NCBI RefSeq assembly: GCF_963921235.1
Contig: NC_086109.1
Span: 15,564,001-15,628,000 of the forward strand
Length of the DNA: 64,000 nucleotides
Reading direction: 5' to 3'
Source: Mobula hypostoma
Taxonomy: Eukaryota
Shown here: piece by piece, positions 25,555 through 38,674 of the stretch
Numbering within the stretch: the first letter of the stretch is position 1
Layout of the letters: every line of letters begins with the position of its first letter
Translations under genes and position numbers: made by a program
Notes under the pieces: generated by a model
What the model saw: only the letters and a program-made list of their open reading frames with translations
What the model was told of the DNA's origin: nothing
The model's database searches: none

Positions 25555-26520
25555 ATAGGCTCGCTAAGAAGCTCAGAGACCTCGGCCTTTACCCTGCACT
25601 ATGTAACCGGTTCCTGGACTTCCTGCCAGATTGTCAGCAGGTAGTAAGGGTGGGCTCCCTCACCTCTGATCCTCAACACAGGTGTTTCTCGGGGACCCCC
25701 TAAGCCCCCTCCTTTATTCTCTCTACACCCATGACTGTGTCGCCACCCACAGCTCCAATCTGCTAATTAAATTTGCTGACGACACTACACTGATTGGCCT
25801 AATCTTAAATAATAACGAGGCAGCCTACAGAGAAGAAGTCATCACCCTGATACAGCGGTGTCAAGAAAGCAACCTGTCCCTCAATGTTGCAACAACAAAG
25901 GAGCTGGTTGTGGACTACAGGAGGAATGGAGACAGGCTAACCCCTATTGACATCAATGGATCTGAGGCTGAGAGGGTGAACAGCACAACAGCGCCTCTTT
26001 CACCTCAGACGGTTGAAGAAATTTGGTATGGGTCCTCAAGTCCTAAGAACTTCCTACAGGGGCATAATTGAGAGCATCCTGACTGGCTGCATCACAGCCT
26101 GGTATGGGAACTGTACTTCCCTCAATCGCAGGACTCTGCAGAGAGTGGTGCGGACAGCCCAGTGAACTTCCAACTATTCAGGGCATTTAGAAATACAGGT
26201 GTGTAAAAAGGGCCTGAAGGATTATTGGGGACCCAAGTCACCCCAACCCCAAACTCTTCCAGCTGCTACCATCTGGGAAACAGTACTGCAGCATAAACAC
26301 CAGGATCAATAGGCTCCAGGATAGCTTCTTCCATCAGGCCATCAGACTGCTTAACTCATGCTGACTCAACTGTATTTCTATGTTCTATTGACTATCCTGT
26401 TGTATATACTATTTATTACAAATTACTATAAATTGCACATTGCACATTCAGACGGAGATGTAATATAAAGATTTATACTCTTCTTGTATATGAAGGATGT
26501 AAGTAATAAAATCAATTCAT
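25555..26520 (+). mobile_element. Rex1/Babar-like LINE RT and 3' fragment
   Basis: LSPLLYSLYTHDC..IKFADDTTLIGLI..LSLNV.TTKELVVDYRR. Confidence 0.85.
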
Positions 26521-27203
26521 ATATTTCCTCAGTCCTGAAGAAGGGTCTTGACCAGATCTGACCTGCTGAGTTCCTCCAGCATTTTGTGTGCGTTGCTTTA
26601 TATATTAAATAGTTAACTTAAATAAGTATTGCAAAAAAAGTAGTGAGCTAGTGTTCATGGGTTCAATGTCCATTCACAAATCTGATGGCAGAGGAGAAGA
26701 AGTTGTTCCTGAATCATTGAGCATGTGTCTTCAGGCTCCTGTACCTCCTCCCTGATGGTAACAATGAGAAGAGGGTGTGATCTGGGTGATGGGGGTCTTA
26801 CGGATCTGTACAATTCTGCTGATATAACTGACTTTTATTGGCTCTTTCTTGATGTCAACAGTGTCGCTGAAAGTCTAGTACACTTGGAAATGATGCTGGA
26901 GAGGTGTAACAATGGAGTGTTATTCATTGCTCTGGTCACAATCTCCTCCCTGCTACAAACTTCAATTTCACTTTAGAAGGACTCAGGACCAAACAAACAG
27001 GCGTAACAAGAACTTTGTTCTGAGAATCTGCTGCCTGGTTAGTCTAGGCGGGGGCTGAGTCCAGACGGTCAGAATGGTTGGTGCCTGTGTTGGGTTTTGG
27101 GGTACTGACTTTCGGAGGTGAATCCGGGTTTTGTTTTCTGGTTCAAAAGCAACATGGGCTTGGGAATACGTAAAGGTAAGTATGTAAAACACCTGACGTT
27201 CCA

Positions 27204-27733
27204 TACCGTGCAAAGGCCTTAGACACATATATATAGCTCGGGTGTCTAAGACCTTTGCACAGTCCTGTAGTAATTTTATGTATTGCACTGTACTGCTGCC
27301 GTAAAAAACAAATTTCATGACATATGTGAGTGATGATAAATCTGATTCTGATATGGGTCTCTATTGTGGACTGAGAGTGGGAAGGGGGCAGGGAGAGGGG
27401 AATCATGGTTGGGAAAAGGGGAAAGGAGGGGGGAGGGAGCAGGATGCACCAGAGAGCCGTTCTGTAATGATCAATAAACCAACTGTTTGTAATCAAATTA
27501 CCTTGCCTGGTGTCTCAAGGCTGGGTGTGTCTGCACCCATACCACCCCTTGCTCATGGCACCCTTCTCTGCTACCATTACCAACATCCTTTGCTCTAGGC
27601 ATTACCAACATCCTTTGCTCCCACCAGATTTACAAACTTTCTCTCTGCTCCACACTGACAAATACAGTACTGTGCAAATGTCTTGTGCACCTTAGCAATA
27701 TAGATGTGTCTAAAACTTTTGCACAGTACTGTA
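27204..27733. mobile_element. Composite Tc1/mariner-like MITE bounded by two inverted ~70-bp micro-MITEs
   Basis: Hairpin units at 27204-27269 and 27663-27733 (TA-CAGTACTGTGCAAA...TTTGCACAGTACTG-TA) enclosing LINE-tail-like cargo. Confidence 0.6.
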
Positions 27734-28460
27734 GATTACATCATTGTGTTCAGAGATTCAGTGTGGTCTAAGTCACAGAGTTGCAGCACACAGAAATCAG
27801 CCCTTTGGCTCACCAGGCCTGGCCAACATCTTCAGCCATCTACATTAATCCCTTTCCCCACATTAAGACCACTGTCTCTAGCAGTATGTTCCTGTAATTA
27901 ACCAGAGGAGGTAGTGGAATTAGGCACATTACAACTTTGCAGAGCATTTGGACTGTAAAAATCCTCAGATCTCTTTTAAAAGCCTTTCATTTCTTGTTTT
28001 TGAAACCCAACCATGTAAAGTGACCCTCTCTATGCATCTCATAATCTTGTACACTTCTGTCTTAACTATCCTGTCGTACATACTATTTATTACAAATTAC
28101 TATAAATTGCACATTGCACATTCAGATGGAGATGTAACATAAAGATTTTCACTCCTCTTGTATATGAAGGATGTAAGTAATGAAATCAATTCATATATTT
28201 CCTCAGTCCTGAAGAAGGGTCTTGACCAGATCTGACCCACTGAGTTCTTCCAGCATTTTGTGTGCGTTGTTTTATATATTAAATAGTTAACTTAAATAAG
28301 TATTGCAAAAAAAGTAGTGAGGTAGTGTTCATGAGTTCAATGTCCATTCAGAAATCTGATGGCAGAGGAGAGGAAGTTGTTCCTGAATCATTGACTGTGT
28401 GTCTTCAGGCTTCTGTACCTCCTCCCTGATGGTAACAATGAGAAGAGGGCATGATCTGGG

Positions 28461-30943
28461 AATTGGCTGAGAAGGAGCAGTTGATTTAAAAACCAGTCCG
28501 GACCAGCCTGCAACACAAACGTTCGAGGTCGGCCGAGGTGCGACAAGTGAAATGAATTAGTCAAAATATGAGCCAATATAATCAAGGTTTGCTCTAGGGG
28601 AGCGGCCTGTCGGGGAGCGGCCTTGTCAAGGGAAGTGCCTTGTGAGAAAAATGCGAGTCTTTGTCTCGAAAGTCTTCGGCGACGAGGCTGAGGGAGGAGA
28701 CTATGCCACAGTTGAAGAGGGTGAGAAGTGGTTAAGAAATGACAGGTCAACTGATTCAGTGTGATGCTTGCATGATGTGGGAAGTCAGGGATACTGATGG
28801 TGCCTCTGGGTGCTACAAATGTGGAAAGTGTGTCCAGGTTGAGCTCCTGAAGGACCATGTTGAGGCACTGGAGAAGCAACTGGATGACCTCAGGTTCATC
28901 TGGGAAACCGAGAGCTTTCTGGACAGGACCGACAGCGAGATCATTACACCGAAGATACCGGAAGAGAGAAGGGGGGTGGGGGCGACGATAAGGAAGGGAT
29001 GGATGCTTGGAGTACAGGAGACCCTGGGGGATGTACCTCTTGAAAACAAGTTCACCCTCTTGGAAGCTGTCGGGACAGAAGACATTGCCAGTCTGAGAGG
29101 CGGACAGGTCTGCCAGCCAAAAATTGGCGCTGAAGCAAAGCCGAGGAGACAGAAGTCAGGCAGAGCCGTGGTAGCAGGGGACTCCATAGTGAGAGGTACA
29201 GAAAGGGGTTTCTGCGGCAACAGGCGGGATTTAAGGATGGTGTGTTGCCTCCCTGGTGCCAGGATCCAGGACATCACAGACCAATTGCAGGGAATCCTCA
29301 AGGGGGAAGGTGAACAGCCAGAAGTGGTGGTGCATGTCGGCACAAATGACGTCGGGAGGAAGAAGAAAGAAATTCTGCAGCGTGACTTCAGAGTACTTGG
29401 AAGAAGGCTGAAAAGCAGGACCTCCAGGGTAGTTATCTCAGATTTGCTTCCAGTTCCTTGTGTTGGAGAGGGCAGGAACAGGGAGATAGGGGATCTGAAT
29501 GTGTGGCTGAGGGGCTGGTGCGAGAGGCAGGGATTTAGATTCTTGGACCACTGGGATCTGTTTTGGGGTAAGGACGAATTGTACAGAAGGGACGGGTTGC
29601 ATCTTAACAGATGGGAACCAGCGTTTTGGCAGGCAGGTTTACCACTGGTACACGGGTGTGTTTAAACTAAATAGTGGGGGGGAGGGAACAAACTGGAAAT
29701 ATAAGAATGGAGATAGAGGGAAAGAGAGAATAAGAAAAGTTAAGAAAGACAACAGAATTAACGGGGCAGAAAGCTCAGGAAGGGATTGGAGAGTATAGCC
29801 AAGTGCAATAGGAATCGATGTGAAAGGTGAGGGGAGTAAAAGTATTACTTTAAATGGATTAGAAGTATTATATATCAATACATGGAGTATAAGAAATAAA
29901 GTGGATGAGCTTGAGGCTCAGTTGGAAATTGGCAAGTATGATGTTGTGGGAATAACAGAGACATGGCTGCAAGAGGACCAGGGCTGGGAAATGAATATTC
30001 AGGAGTATACATCCTATCAAAAGGACAGACAGGTTGGCAGAGGGGGTGGGGTGGCTCTGTTGGTGAGGAATGAAATTCAGTCACTTGCGAGGGGGGACAT
30101 AGAATCAGGAGACGTTGAGTCAGTATGGATAGAACTGAGAAACTGTAAGGGCAAAAAGACACTAATGGGAGTTATCTACAGGCCCCCAAACAGGAGCCCG
30201 GATATAGAGTGCAAGTTAAATCAAGAGTTAAAATTGGCATGTCGCAAAGGTAATACTACGGTTGTTATGGGGGATTTCAACATGCAGGTAGACTGGGAAA
30301 ATCAGGTTGGTACTGGACCCCAAGAAAGGGAGTTTGTGGAATGCCTCAGAGATGGATTCTTAGAGCAGCTTGTATTACAGCCTACCAGGGAGAAAGCAAT
30401 TCTGGATTTAGTGCTGTGTAATGAGCCAGATTTGATAAGGTAAAGGAGCCATTAGGAGGTAGTGACCATAATATGATAAGTTTTAATCTACAATTTGAGA
30501 GGGAGAAGGGAAAATTGGAAGTGTCAGTATTACAGTTGAACAAAGGGGACTATGGACCAATGAGGGAGGAGCTAGCCAAAGTTGACTGGAAAGATACCCT
30601 AGCGGGGATGACAGTGGAACAACAATGGCAGGTATTTCTGGGAATAATACAGAAGGTGCAGGATCAGTTCATTCTAAAGAGGAAGAAAGGGGAGTAAGGG
30701 GCGACCGTGGATGACAGGGGAAGTCAAGGACAGTATAAAAATAAAAGAGAGGAAGTATAACATAGCAAGGATGAGCGGGAAGCCAGAGGATTGGGAGACT
30801 TTTAAGGAGCAACAGAAGATAACTAAAAAGGCAATACGAGGGGAAAAGATGAGGTATGAAGGTAAGCTAGCCAAGAATATAAAGGAGGATAGTAAAAGCT
30901 TCTTTAGGTATGTGAAGAGGAAAAAATTAGTTAAGACCAAAGT
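28461..30943 (+). mobile_element. CR1 LINE 5' half: 5' UTR, ORF1 (zinc finger/leucine zipper/esterase, 28739-29665), disrupted ORF2 APE region
   Basis: CDAC..CGKC, GDSIVRG, HVGTND, DGLHLN; GITETWL, YRPP, MGDFN; stops and frameshifts; ends at KKLVKTKV. Confidence 0.9.
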
Positions 30944-31134
30944 TCGCTGGATTTTTTTTTTGTTTTTGGCACCATTCTTTGTAAACTCCAGAGTCTGTTG
31001 TGCGTAAACAGCAGTTTCTGAGATACTCAAATCACCCTGGGCAGCACCTAATTAATAAGCTTGTTTATTTCGGCTTTTTTCTTAAAGATGTGCCGGACGC
31101 ACTCCGATGCGCTCCAGCTAGCACTGCACCACTG
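30944..31134. repeat. Chimeric repeat module (Tc1-MITE fragment + GC hairpin + CACCACTG end), copy 1
   Basis: Near-identical to 36266-36468. Confidence 0.7.
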
Positions 31135-34100
31135 GACAGTATTAACATCAGGCACTCTGTTATGGGTCCAGATCATAGATGCAACCTCAAGGACGGCACA
31201 TCTGTGTCCATACTTTCTCAGGAAGTTATGAAAACCTGGTTTGTCAGCAAACACTCTACCCTACAGATGTACTGTTGGAAATATTCTGACTGGTTGTCTC
31301 ATGATTTGCCATGGCAGCTTGAACATTCAGAAACACAAGAAGCTGCAGAGTATTGAAACTCAGCCCCATAATTCAAGGCCACAACTCTCCTCACCATCGC
31401 TCAGATCTACAAGAGGTGCCACCTCAGAAGTGCAAGACCCACTATCAATGATCCTCACCATTTCATCTTCTTGCTCTACCATTGGACAGGAACACCAGAG
31501 ATGTCTGGATCTGTAACACCATCATCCCGGACCTCAAGGCCATGCAAATTCCTCTCAATTGTTTTAAAGTTAACAATGAAGATTGGGTTCCAAAGTCGTT
31601 TTACAAATACTGTGATAATGGGCTATTCTATCCCTCACTTACAATGGATAGAATGGTCCCCTGTGAGTTGCACACCATTAACTGAAGAACGTGCTAATAC
31701 AATTAATTTGTTTCTTAAAACCGTACCAGCACTGATAGTGCAGTTATTGTGGACTGGGATTTCTTTTACCGGAACAAATGCTCTTATCTTTGTTTATCCA
31801 CGGTCAGCCTCATTTAAGGAACTAATCTTCATTTACATTGGTGATCCAAGCTCTCCAGTGAAGCATTCGTGAGACTGAATCGGCAGCTGTTTTAACCATG
31901 GCCCATTAGCAAAAACCCAGCGAACTGCAACAGCACATTGTGTATTTTTAATCCCGACTGTTTTTTTCCCCTGAAGCAATGGATTACCTCCAGGGAATGC
32001 AACACGCTTACTGAGCTGAGATCACTGCATTAACCCGGTCACCGCCCAATTTCCATTTGTCATTCTTTTTTTAATAGGTACTTTTTTTTTATTCTTAATG
32101 TCCCCAGCTGGGAAATGTTTATGCATGGAGAAATGAACGACTGTGGATTTGGTGCAAGGCATGCAATCGGAGAGCCCTGCAGAGACACAGCAAGCCTCCA
32201 TGTTCCTGGGGTAAATAGAATAAATAAAATAGAGTCTTACAACTAACCCAAACCTTCAGGTGACATCTGCTTGAGTAGGATGAATCTGAAAATGATTTCT
32301 TGCATCTCTGATTTTAAAGATTTTTAAAGAAAGGTTTTTAGAACATTTAAAGATTCTAAGAGATGATTTTAAAGATTTAAAGGTAAGCTTTATTTGTCAT
32401 ACGCACATCAAAACACACAGTGCAATGCATTGTTTGTGTCAACGACCAAGACAGTCTGAGATTGTGCTGGGGGCAGCCCGCAAGTGTTGCCATGCTCCTG
32501 GTGCCAACACTGTGTGCCCAGAACTTATTAACCCTAACTCAAACGTCTTTGGAATGTGGGAGGAAACCGCAGCACACAGAGCAGCCATGAGAAGAATGTA
32601 CAGACTCCTTTGTCTGAACTTCATTGTGGTATTTTTGATAGGTTTCCCCACAGCCATCTGTCTGGAGATTAGGATGTGAATATCAGCAGCAAAACGGTAT
32701 AAAACGAGGAAAAGAGGGGCTTGCCGGATAATGTCCTGTGATCAATTCCCACCACCGTCTGTAAGAAGTTTGCACATTCTCACCGTGACCGCGTGGCTTT
32801 CTTACCAGTGTTCCAGTTTCCTCCCACATTACAAAGGCATAGAGGTTAGGGTTAGCAAACTGTCGCCATGCTATGTTGGTACCAGAAGTGTTGGCTGCCT
32901 CGGACTCTGTTGGTTCTTAATCCAAATGATTCATTTCACTATATGTTTCGATGTTTTGATATGGATGTGAGAAATTAAGTTAATCTCCAATCTTTAACAC
33001 TGAACTTCTTCTTGTGTTTCAGCCCAATGAAGCTCCTCTCTGGCCCATCTAAACCTTAGTCAATCCTCTTATTTGGTTTAAAAATATTAGAAATATTGAG
33101 AACACACAATGAACTTTAAACTACGTCTTTGTGTTAGTGTAGTGTCACACTTGCTTCAAATGGTTCCATTTATTATCAGAGAATGTATACAGTAAACAGC
33201 CTGAAATTCTTAATCTTTGCAGGCATCCACAAGAAACAGGTGAACCCCAAAAGACTGAATGACAGAAAAACATTAGAACCCCAAGGACCGCTCTCCCCCT
33301 CCCCGCACAAACAGCAGCAAAGCACCAACCTCTCTCCCCCACCACCCATTTCAGCAAAAAAAGCGTCAACACCCACCAAGCAACAGCAAAGCACCCAAAA
33401 AGAGACCGTGATCTGCAGTTAACAAAAACTATTGTTTACTTGACAGTTCGACATGCCACAGGCTCTCTCTCTCTCCCTAATAGGGGACAGAGAGATGTCA
33501 CCCATTTCACAGTGAAACGGGAGAATAACAGTTGCTGTTATGGTGTTACAGTCTGCCGCGCTGGTTTTTCATTCCGAGATTCTCTGATCCTTGAGTTCTG
33601 AGCTCCCGATCGTCCACTGAAATAACAAATGGAAAATCCATGAATGTGGTGGTTCCGTGTCGTGTTTTCTGCACTTAGGTTTTCAGCCACTGTATGTGAA
33701 AGATTTACCAGGATGTTGCCTGGATTGTTGATGAAGCTGAGTGACTCCAGTTCATGAGGTAACCCAGAACACGGCAGAGCTATTTGAACAATGCACTAGG
33801 AATACTGTCAAGGGAGAAATATTAAGACTAAGGAAGACTTCTAGCCTCTGTGATGAACAGTTGCTGAATACTTTGAATTCATTGGCAACATTATCACGAG
33901 ATTATGGAAATGAATTAGATTCACACTTCTCTATCGAGGCTCCAATTTTATTATAAAGTATTTGACAAATCTTTTGCTCACAAGTCACAGAACATAATGA
34001 ATTGAATGACAGGTAAAGGATTGGGCCTGTTCAGCTATTCAATTAGATCATGGCTCACCTCTGCTTTAACTTCACTTAACAACTTTGTTCTGTATCTCCT

Positions 34101-34484
34101 AATTCCCTTGCCCAACAAAAATCCTTAGATTTCTACATGTTTTGACATTTTAATTCACGTCCAGCTTCGACAATTTTCTGGAGAAGAGTTTTGCTGAATT
34201 CTTGTCAAAAGCTTTATTGAATGTATAAGACAAGATATCCAGTCTAATGCTGACTAAGGGGTGCTGAGATGAAATTAAATCACGAAAAGTGCAAAGTGAA
34301 GACATTTGGGAAGCTGAATGGGGGTAGGGTATATACTGTAAATGGTAAGGCACTACAAAATGTTCTGGGGTCCAAGTCCCTAGTTCCCTTAAAGTGGCAT
34401 CAGGGTTGATAAGATAGTGAACAAAGCATTCAGCATGCTTACCTTCAAAGGTTGCGGTATAGAAGAATAGGGTTGGGATGTTTA

Positions 34485-35004
34485 CACTCTGTGGCCAGTT
34501 TATGAGGTACCTCCTTTATCAGTTGCAACCCATCCAATTTAAGGTTCATTGTGTTGTATGTTCAAAGATGCTCTTCTGCACACTACTGTTGTAACGTATG
34601 GTTATGTGAGCGACTGTCACCTTCCTGTCAGATTAAACCAGTCTGACCATTCTCCTCTGACCAATCTCATTAACAAGGCATTTTTGCCCACAGAACTGCT
34701 GCTCACTCAATGTTCTTTTTTACCTTTTTGCACCATTCTCTGTAAACTCTAGAGACTGCTGTGCGTGAAAATCCCAGGAGATCAGCAGTTTCTGAGATAC
34801 TCCAAACAATAGATCCAGCACCAACAATCATCCTAGTCAAAGTTACTTGGATCACATATCTTCCCCATTCTTGAACAACAACTGAACCTCGTGACCATGT
34901 TGGCATGCTCTTATGCATTGAGTTGCTACCACATAATTGGCTGATTAGATATTTGCATTAATGAGCAGGTGTACAGGTGTAGCCAATAAAGTCTCTACTG
35001 AATG
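34485..35004 (-). mobile_element. Non-autonomous Tc1-like MITE, same family as 1531-2058
   Basis: TA-flanked degenerate TIRs; ISETADLLGFSRTAVSRVYREW in ORF 34703..34918. Confidence 0.75.
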
Positions 35005-35214
35005 TATTTTCCAACTTAACAAACCACTGGTTAGCCTGTACTTAGAGTACTGTTTCCAGTTCTGGTCATTGTATTATAGGATATGATTGCACTGGAGAGA
35101 GTGCAGAGAAGATTTACCAGGGGATGTTGACTGGATTGGAGGTCTTTTGCTAAGGCAAGAGAACGGAAAGTGTGGCTTTCTTTCCCCTGGAGCAAAGGAG
35201 GCAAAGGACCTGAC

Positions 35215-36251
35215 AGTAGGTGCAGGAGGAGGCCATTCGGCCCTTCGAGCCAGCACCGCCATTCACTGTGATCATGGCTGATCATCCACAATCAGCACCC
35301 TGTTCCTGCCTTCTCCCCATATCCCTTGACTCCGCTATCTTTAAGAGCTCTATCTAACTCTTCCTTGAAAGAATCCAGAGAATTGGCCTCCACTGCCTTC
35401 TGAGGCAGAGCATTCCACAGATCCACAACCCTCTGTGTGAAAAAGTTTTTCCTCAACTCCGTTCTAAATGGTCTACCCCTTATTCTTAAACTGTGGCCTC
35501 TGGTTCTGGACTCCCCCAACATCGGGAACAAGTTTCCTGCCTCTAGCATGTCCAATCCTTTAATAATCTTAAATGTTTCAATCAGATCCCCCCTCGTCCT
35601 TCTAAATTCCAGTGTATACAAGCCAAGTCACACCAATCTTTCAACATATGACATTCCTGCCATCCCGGGAATTAACCCAGTGAACCTATGCTGCACTCCC
35701 TCTATAGCAAGAATGTCCTTCCTCAAATTTGGAGACCAAAACTGCACACAATACTCCAGGTGGGGACTCACCAGGGCCTTGTAGAACCGCAGAAGGACCT
35801 CTTTGCTCCTACACTCAACTCCCCCTTGTTATGAAGGCCAACATGCCATTAGCTTTCTTCACTGCCTGCTGTACCTGTATGCTTACTTTCAGTGACTGAT
35901 GAACAAGGACACCCAGATCTCGTTGTTCTTCCCCTTTTCCGAACTTGACACCATTCAGATAATAACCTGACTTCCTGTTCTTGCCACCAAAATGGATAAC
36001 CTCACTTTTATCCACATTAAACTGCATCTGCCATGCATCTGCCCACTCACCCAACCTGTCCAAGTCACCCTGCATTCTCATAACATTCTCCACATATTTC
36101 ACACTGTCACCCAGCTTTGTGTCATCTGCAAATTTGCTAATGTTACTTTTAATCCCTTCATCTAAATCACTAATGTATATTGTAAATAGCTGCGGTCCTA
36201 GCACCGAGCCTTGCGGTACCCCACTAGTCACTGCCTGCCATTCTGAAAAGG
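35215..36251 (-). mobile_element. Young 5'-truncated CR1 LINE (RT C-terminal half and 3' UTR)
   Basis: TSGVPQGSVLGP..SKFADDTKL; RGDLIETFKI..TRGHSL..FFTQRVVDLWNALP. Confidence 0.9.
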
Positions 36252-36252
36252 T

Positions 36253-36468
36253 ACAGAACAGCCACTCGCTGGATGCTTTTTTGTTTTTGGCACCATTCTT
36301 TGTAAACTCCAGAGTCTGTTGTGCGTAAAGATCCCAGGAGATCAGCAGTTTCTGAGATACTCAAATCACCCTGGGTGGCACCTAATTAATTAGCTTGTTT
36401 ATTTTGGCTTTTTTCTTAAAGATGTGCCGGACGCGCTCCAGTGCGCTCCGGCTAGCACTGCACCACTG
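36253..36468. repeat. Chimeric repeat module, copy 2
   Basis: Near-identical to 30944-31134, same right terminus GCACTGCACCACTG. Confidence 0.7.
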
Positions 36469-38109
36469 ATACTATCCAAAAAAAAAAGGTGTCTACCATC
36501 CAAAAATGTGCTTCCTTTTGCAGGAATCTATTTTATTGGTATTCAGAACCAATCGGAATCTGTATCAGATTTAATATCACCAGCTTATGTCGTAAAATTT
36601 GTTACGTGGCAGCAGTGCTTCATAATGCATAATAATAAAAACTGTAACTTAAGGTGAGAAATATATATATATATTAAATTAAATATGTAGTGCAAAAAGA
36701 GAAAAAAGATGAGTGAGGTAGTGTCTATGGATTCAATGTCCATTCAGAAATCTGATGGCAGAGGGGAAGACGCTGTTCTTGAATCACTGAGTCTGCACCT
36801 TGAAACTCCTGTACCTCGTTCCTCATGGTAGCAATGAGAAGGGGGCATGTCGTGGGTGGTGGCCATCCTTAATGATAGATACCGCCTTTCTGAGGCATCG
36901 ATCCTTGAAGATATTCTGGATGAAAGCAAAGCGGGATCTGTTTTCATGCAGCAAATTGTTAGTAAGTGAACTGAACTGTCAATAACATGGTGGAAGCAGA
37001 TTCAATGACAACCTCTGAAGGGAACTGGACAGATACTTTACAGAAGGTTACGAGGGAAGTGCAAAGGAACAATTGGATAGCTCATTGAAAGAGCCAGAAC
37101 AAAAAGACGAATTGAACGGCCTCATCTTCACATTGGATGAATAGAAATGTTAATAACTCCTTACATTATATGGTGTGAATTATAAGAAATCCAGTAAGAG
37201 ATTTGAATAATCTTTAAAGGTCTCTGTGGGGTAGCGGTACAGCCTTAAAACTTGCAAATGGAATCAATTCAGAAAGGGCTTCAGAGTTGGAAAATAGATT
37301 TTGTTTACCACTAATGATGATGAGAATGTTTCTGCTGTGTACAATACACTTGACTGGTGAGTATTCATTATTCATTACTCCAATTTTATTAATAGTTGGA
37401 ACGATCCCCAGCATTTTGAAAGTGAAAGCTCTCAAAGCAAATGGTATTTTTTGTTTGAGTTTGAAGTATGAAGATGAAAGATGACGATTGGCTTTATTTG
37501 TCACATGTACGTCGAAACACTCAGCGAAATGTGTCAAATCAAATCAGTGAGGACTGTACTGAGGGCAGCCCGCGAGTGTCGCTACTCTTCAGCAGCCAAC
37601 ATAGCACGTCCACAACTCACTAGCCCTAACCTTTTGAATGTGGGAGGAAAGCACAGCACCCAGAGGAAGCCATGCTGTCACAGGGTGAACGTACAAACTC
37701 CTTACAGATTGTGGTGGGAATGAACCCCAGTCTCAGAGCTGGCGTTATAAGACTACTACCACGCTACCGTGCCACATGGTTTTGAAATGTTTGGGTAGAA
37801 GTAGAAGAAATTCAGCACAGGGGAAAAAAGATATGATGATTATCTGGTCAAGCTGATTTTAGGTAGCTGTGAACAAGAGCTGAACATTGGCCATCTCTCT
37901 GACATAATAATACAGCGGACAGGTGGTGCATAGCACATCACCACAAATAGTACCAAGGTAAGAGAAGCAACAATGCATTACGTATAATGTAGTAAAATGT
38001 TCCAAGGTACTAATTTGGAGTGTTATCAAATATAATTGGTTTCAGATTTTGCTCAGACTGCTTAAGTTCCTCCAGCAGATTGATTGTTGCTCCAGATTCC
38101 AGCCTGTTG

Positions 38110-38674
38110 TGTAATGAGTTCTTCAGACCTGTGTGGGGCACCAGACAGCATTGGGCTCCAAGGTTTTTAGAGCACCCAAATTGGGATATTGTTGCTTAAT
38201 GACAGTTGTTAATCGTTTAGAGTTCCCTGTGTCTTTCTTTAGCGACTCATTCTATGTAATGTAGTCTCCTGGTGCCTCCCGTTTAAGTTCGTTATATTTA
38301 TTTTGCAAACACGAGGAAATCTACAGATGCTGGAAATTCAAGCAACACACACAAAACGCTGGTGGAACGCAGCAGGCCAGACAGCATCCATAGGAAGAAG
38401 CACAGTCGACGTTTAGGACCGAGACCCTTCGGCAGGACATATTTATTTTGATAGGCTCAGGGATTCTGTGTTACTTGTGTTATTTGAGTGGATGTCTGAT
38501 TAGCACTAATCGCGGGGTCCTAGTTTGGAGAATGTTATTTCCTGTGTTGTTGCTTGGCTGAGCCTTTGATGTTCTTTTGGTATTATTATGAATAAACTCT
38601 CATCGCTGTCCCCACATCAGAATCTGTCCTTCCTCTATACTTGGGTTCTGATATTACCAGCACACACCGTGACA
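38110..38674 (+). mobile_element. Solo LTR containing a nested mini-PLE
   Basis: TGTAATG...CGTGACA termini, 5-bp TSD TGTTG (38105-38109, 38675-38679), AATAAA at 38591. Confidence 0.65.
38306..38438 (-). mobile_element. 133-bp TSD-flanked PLE pLTR fragment starting at a degenerate hammerhead
   Basis: TSD ATATTTATTTTG at 38294-38305 and 38439-38450. Confidence 0.8.

Noticed and set aside
33741..33956. 71-aa ORF in unique-looking sequence
   Set aside because: No recognisable domain or splice context; length expected by chance
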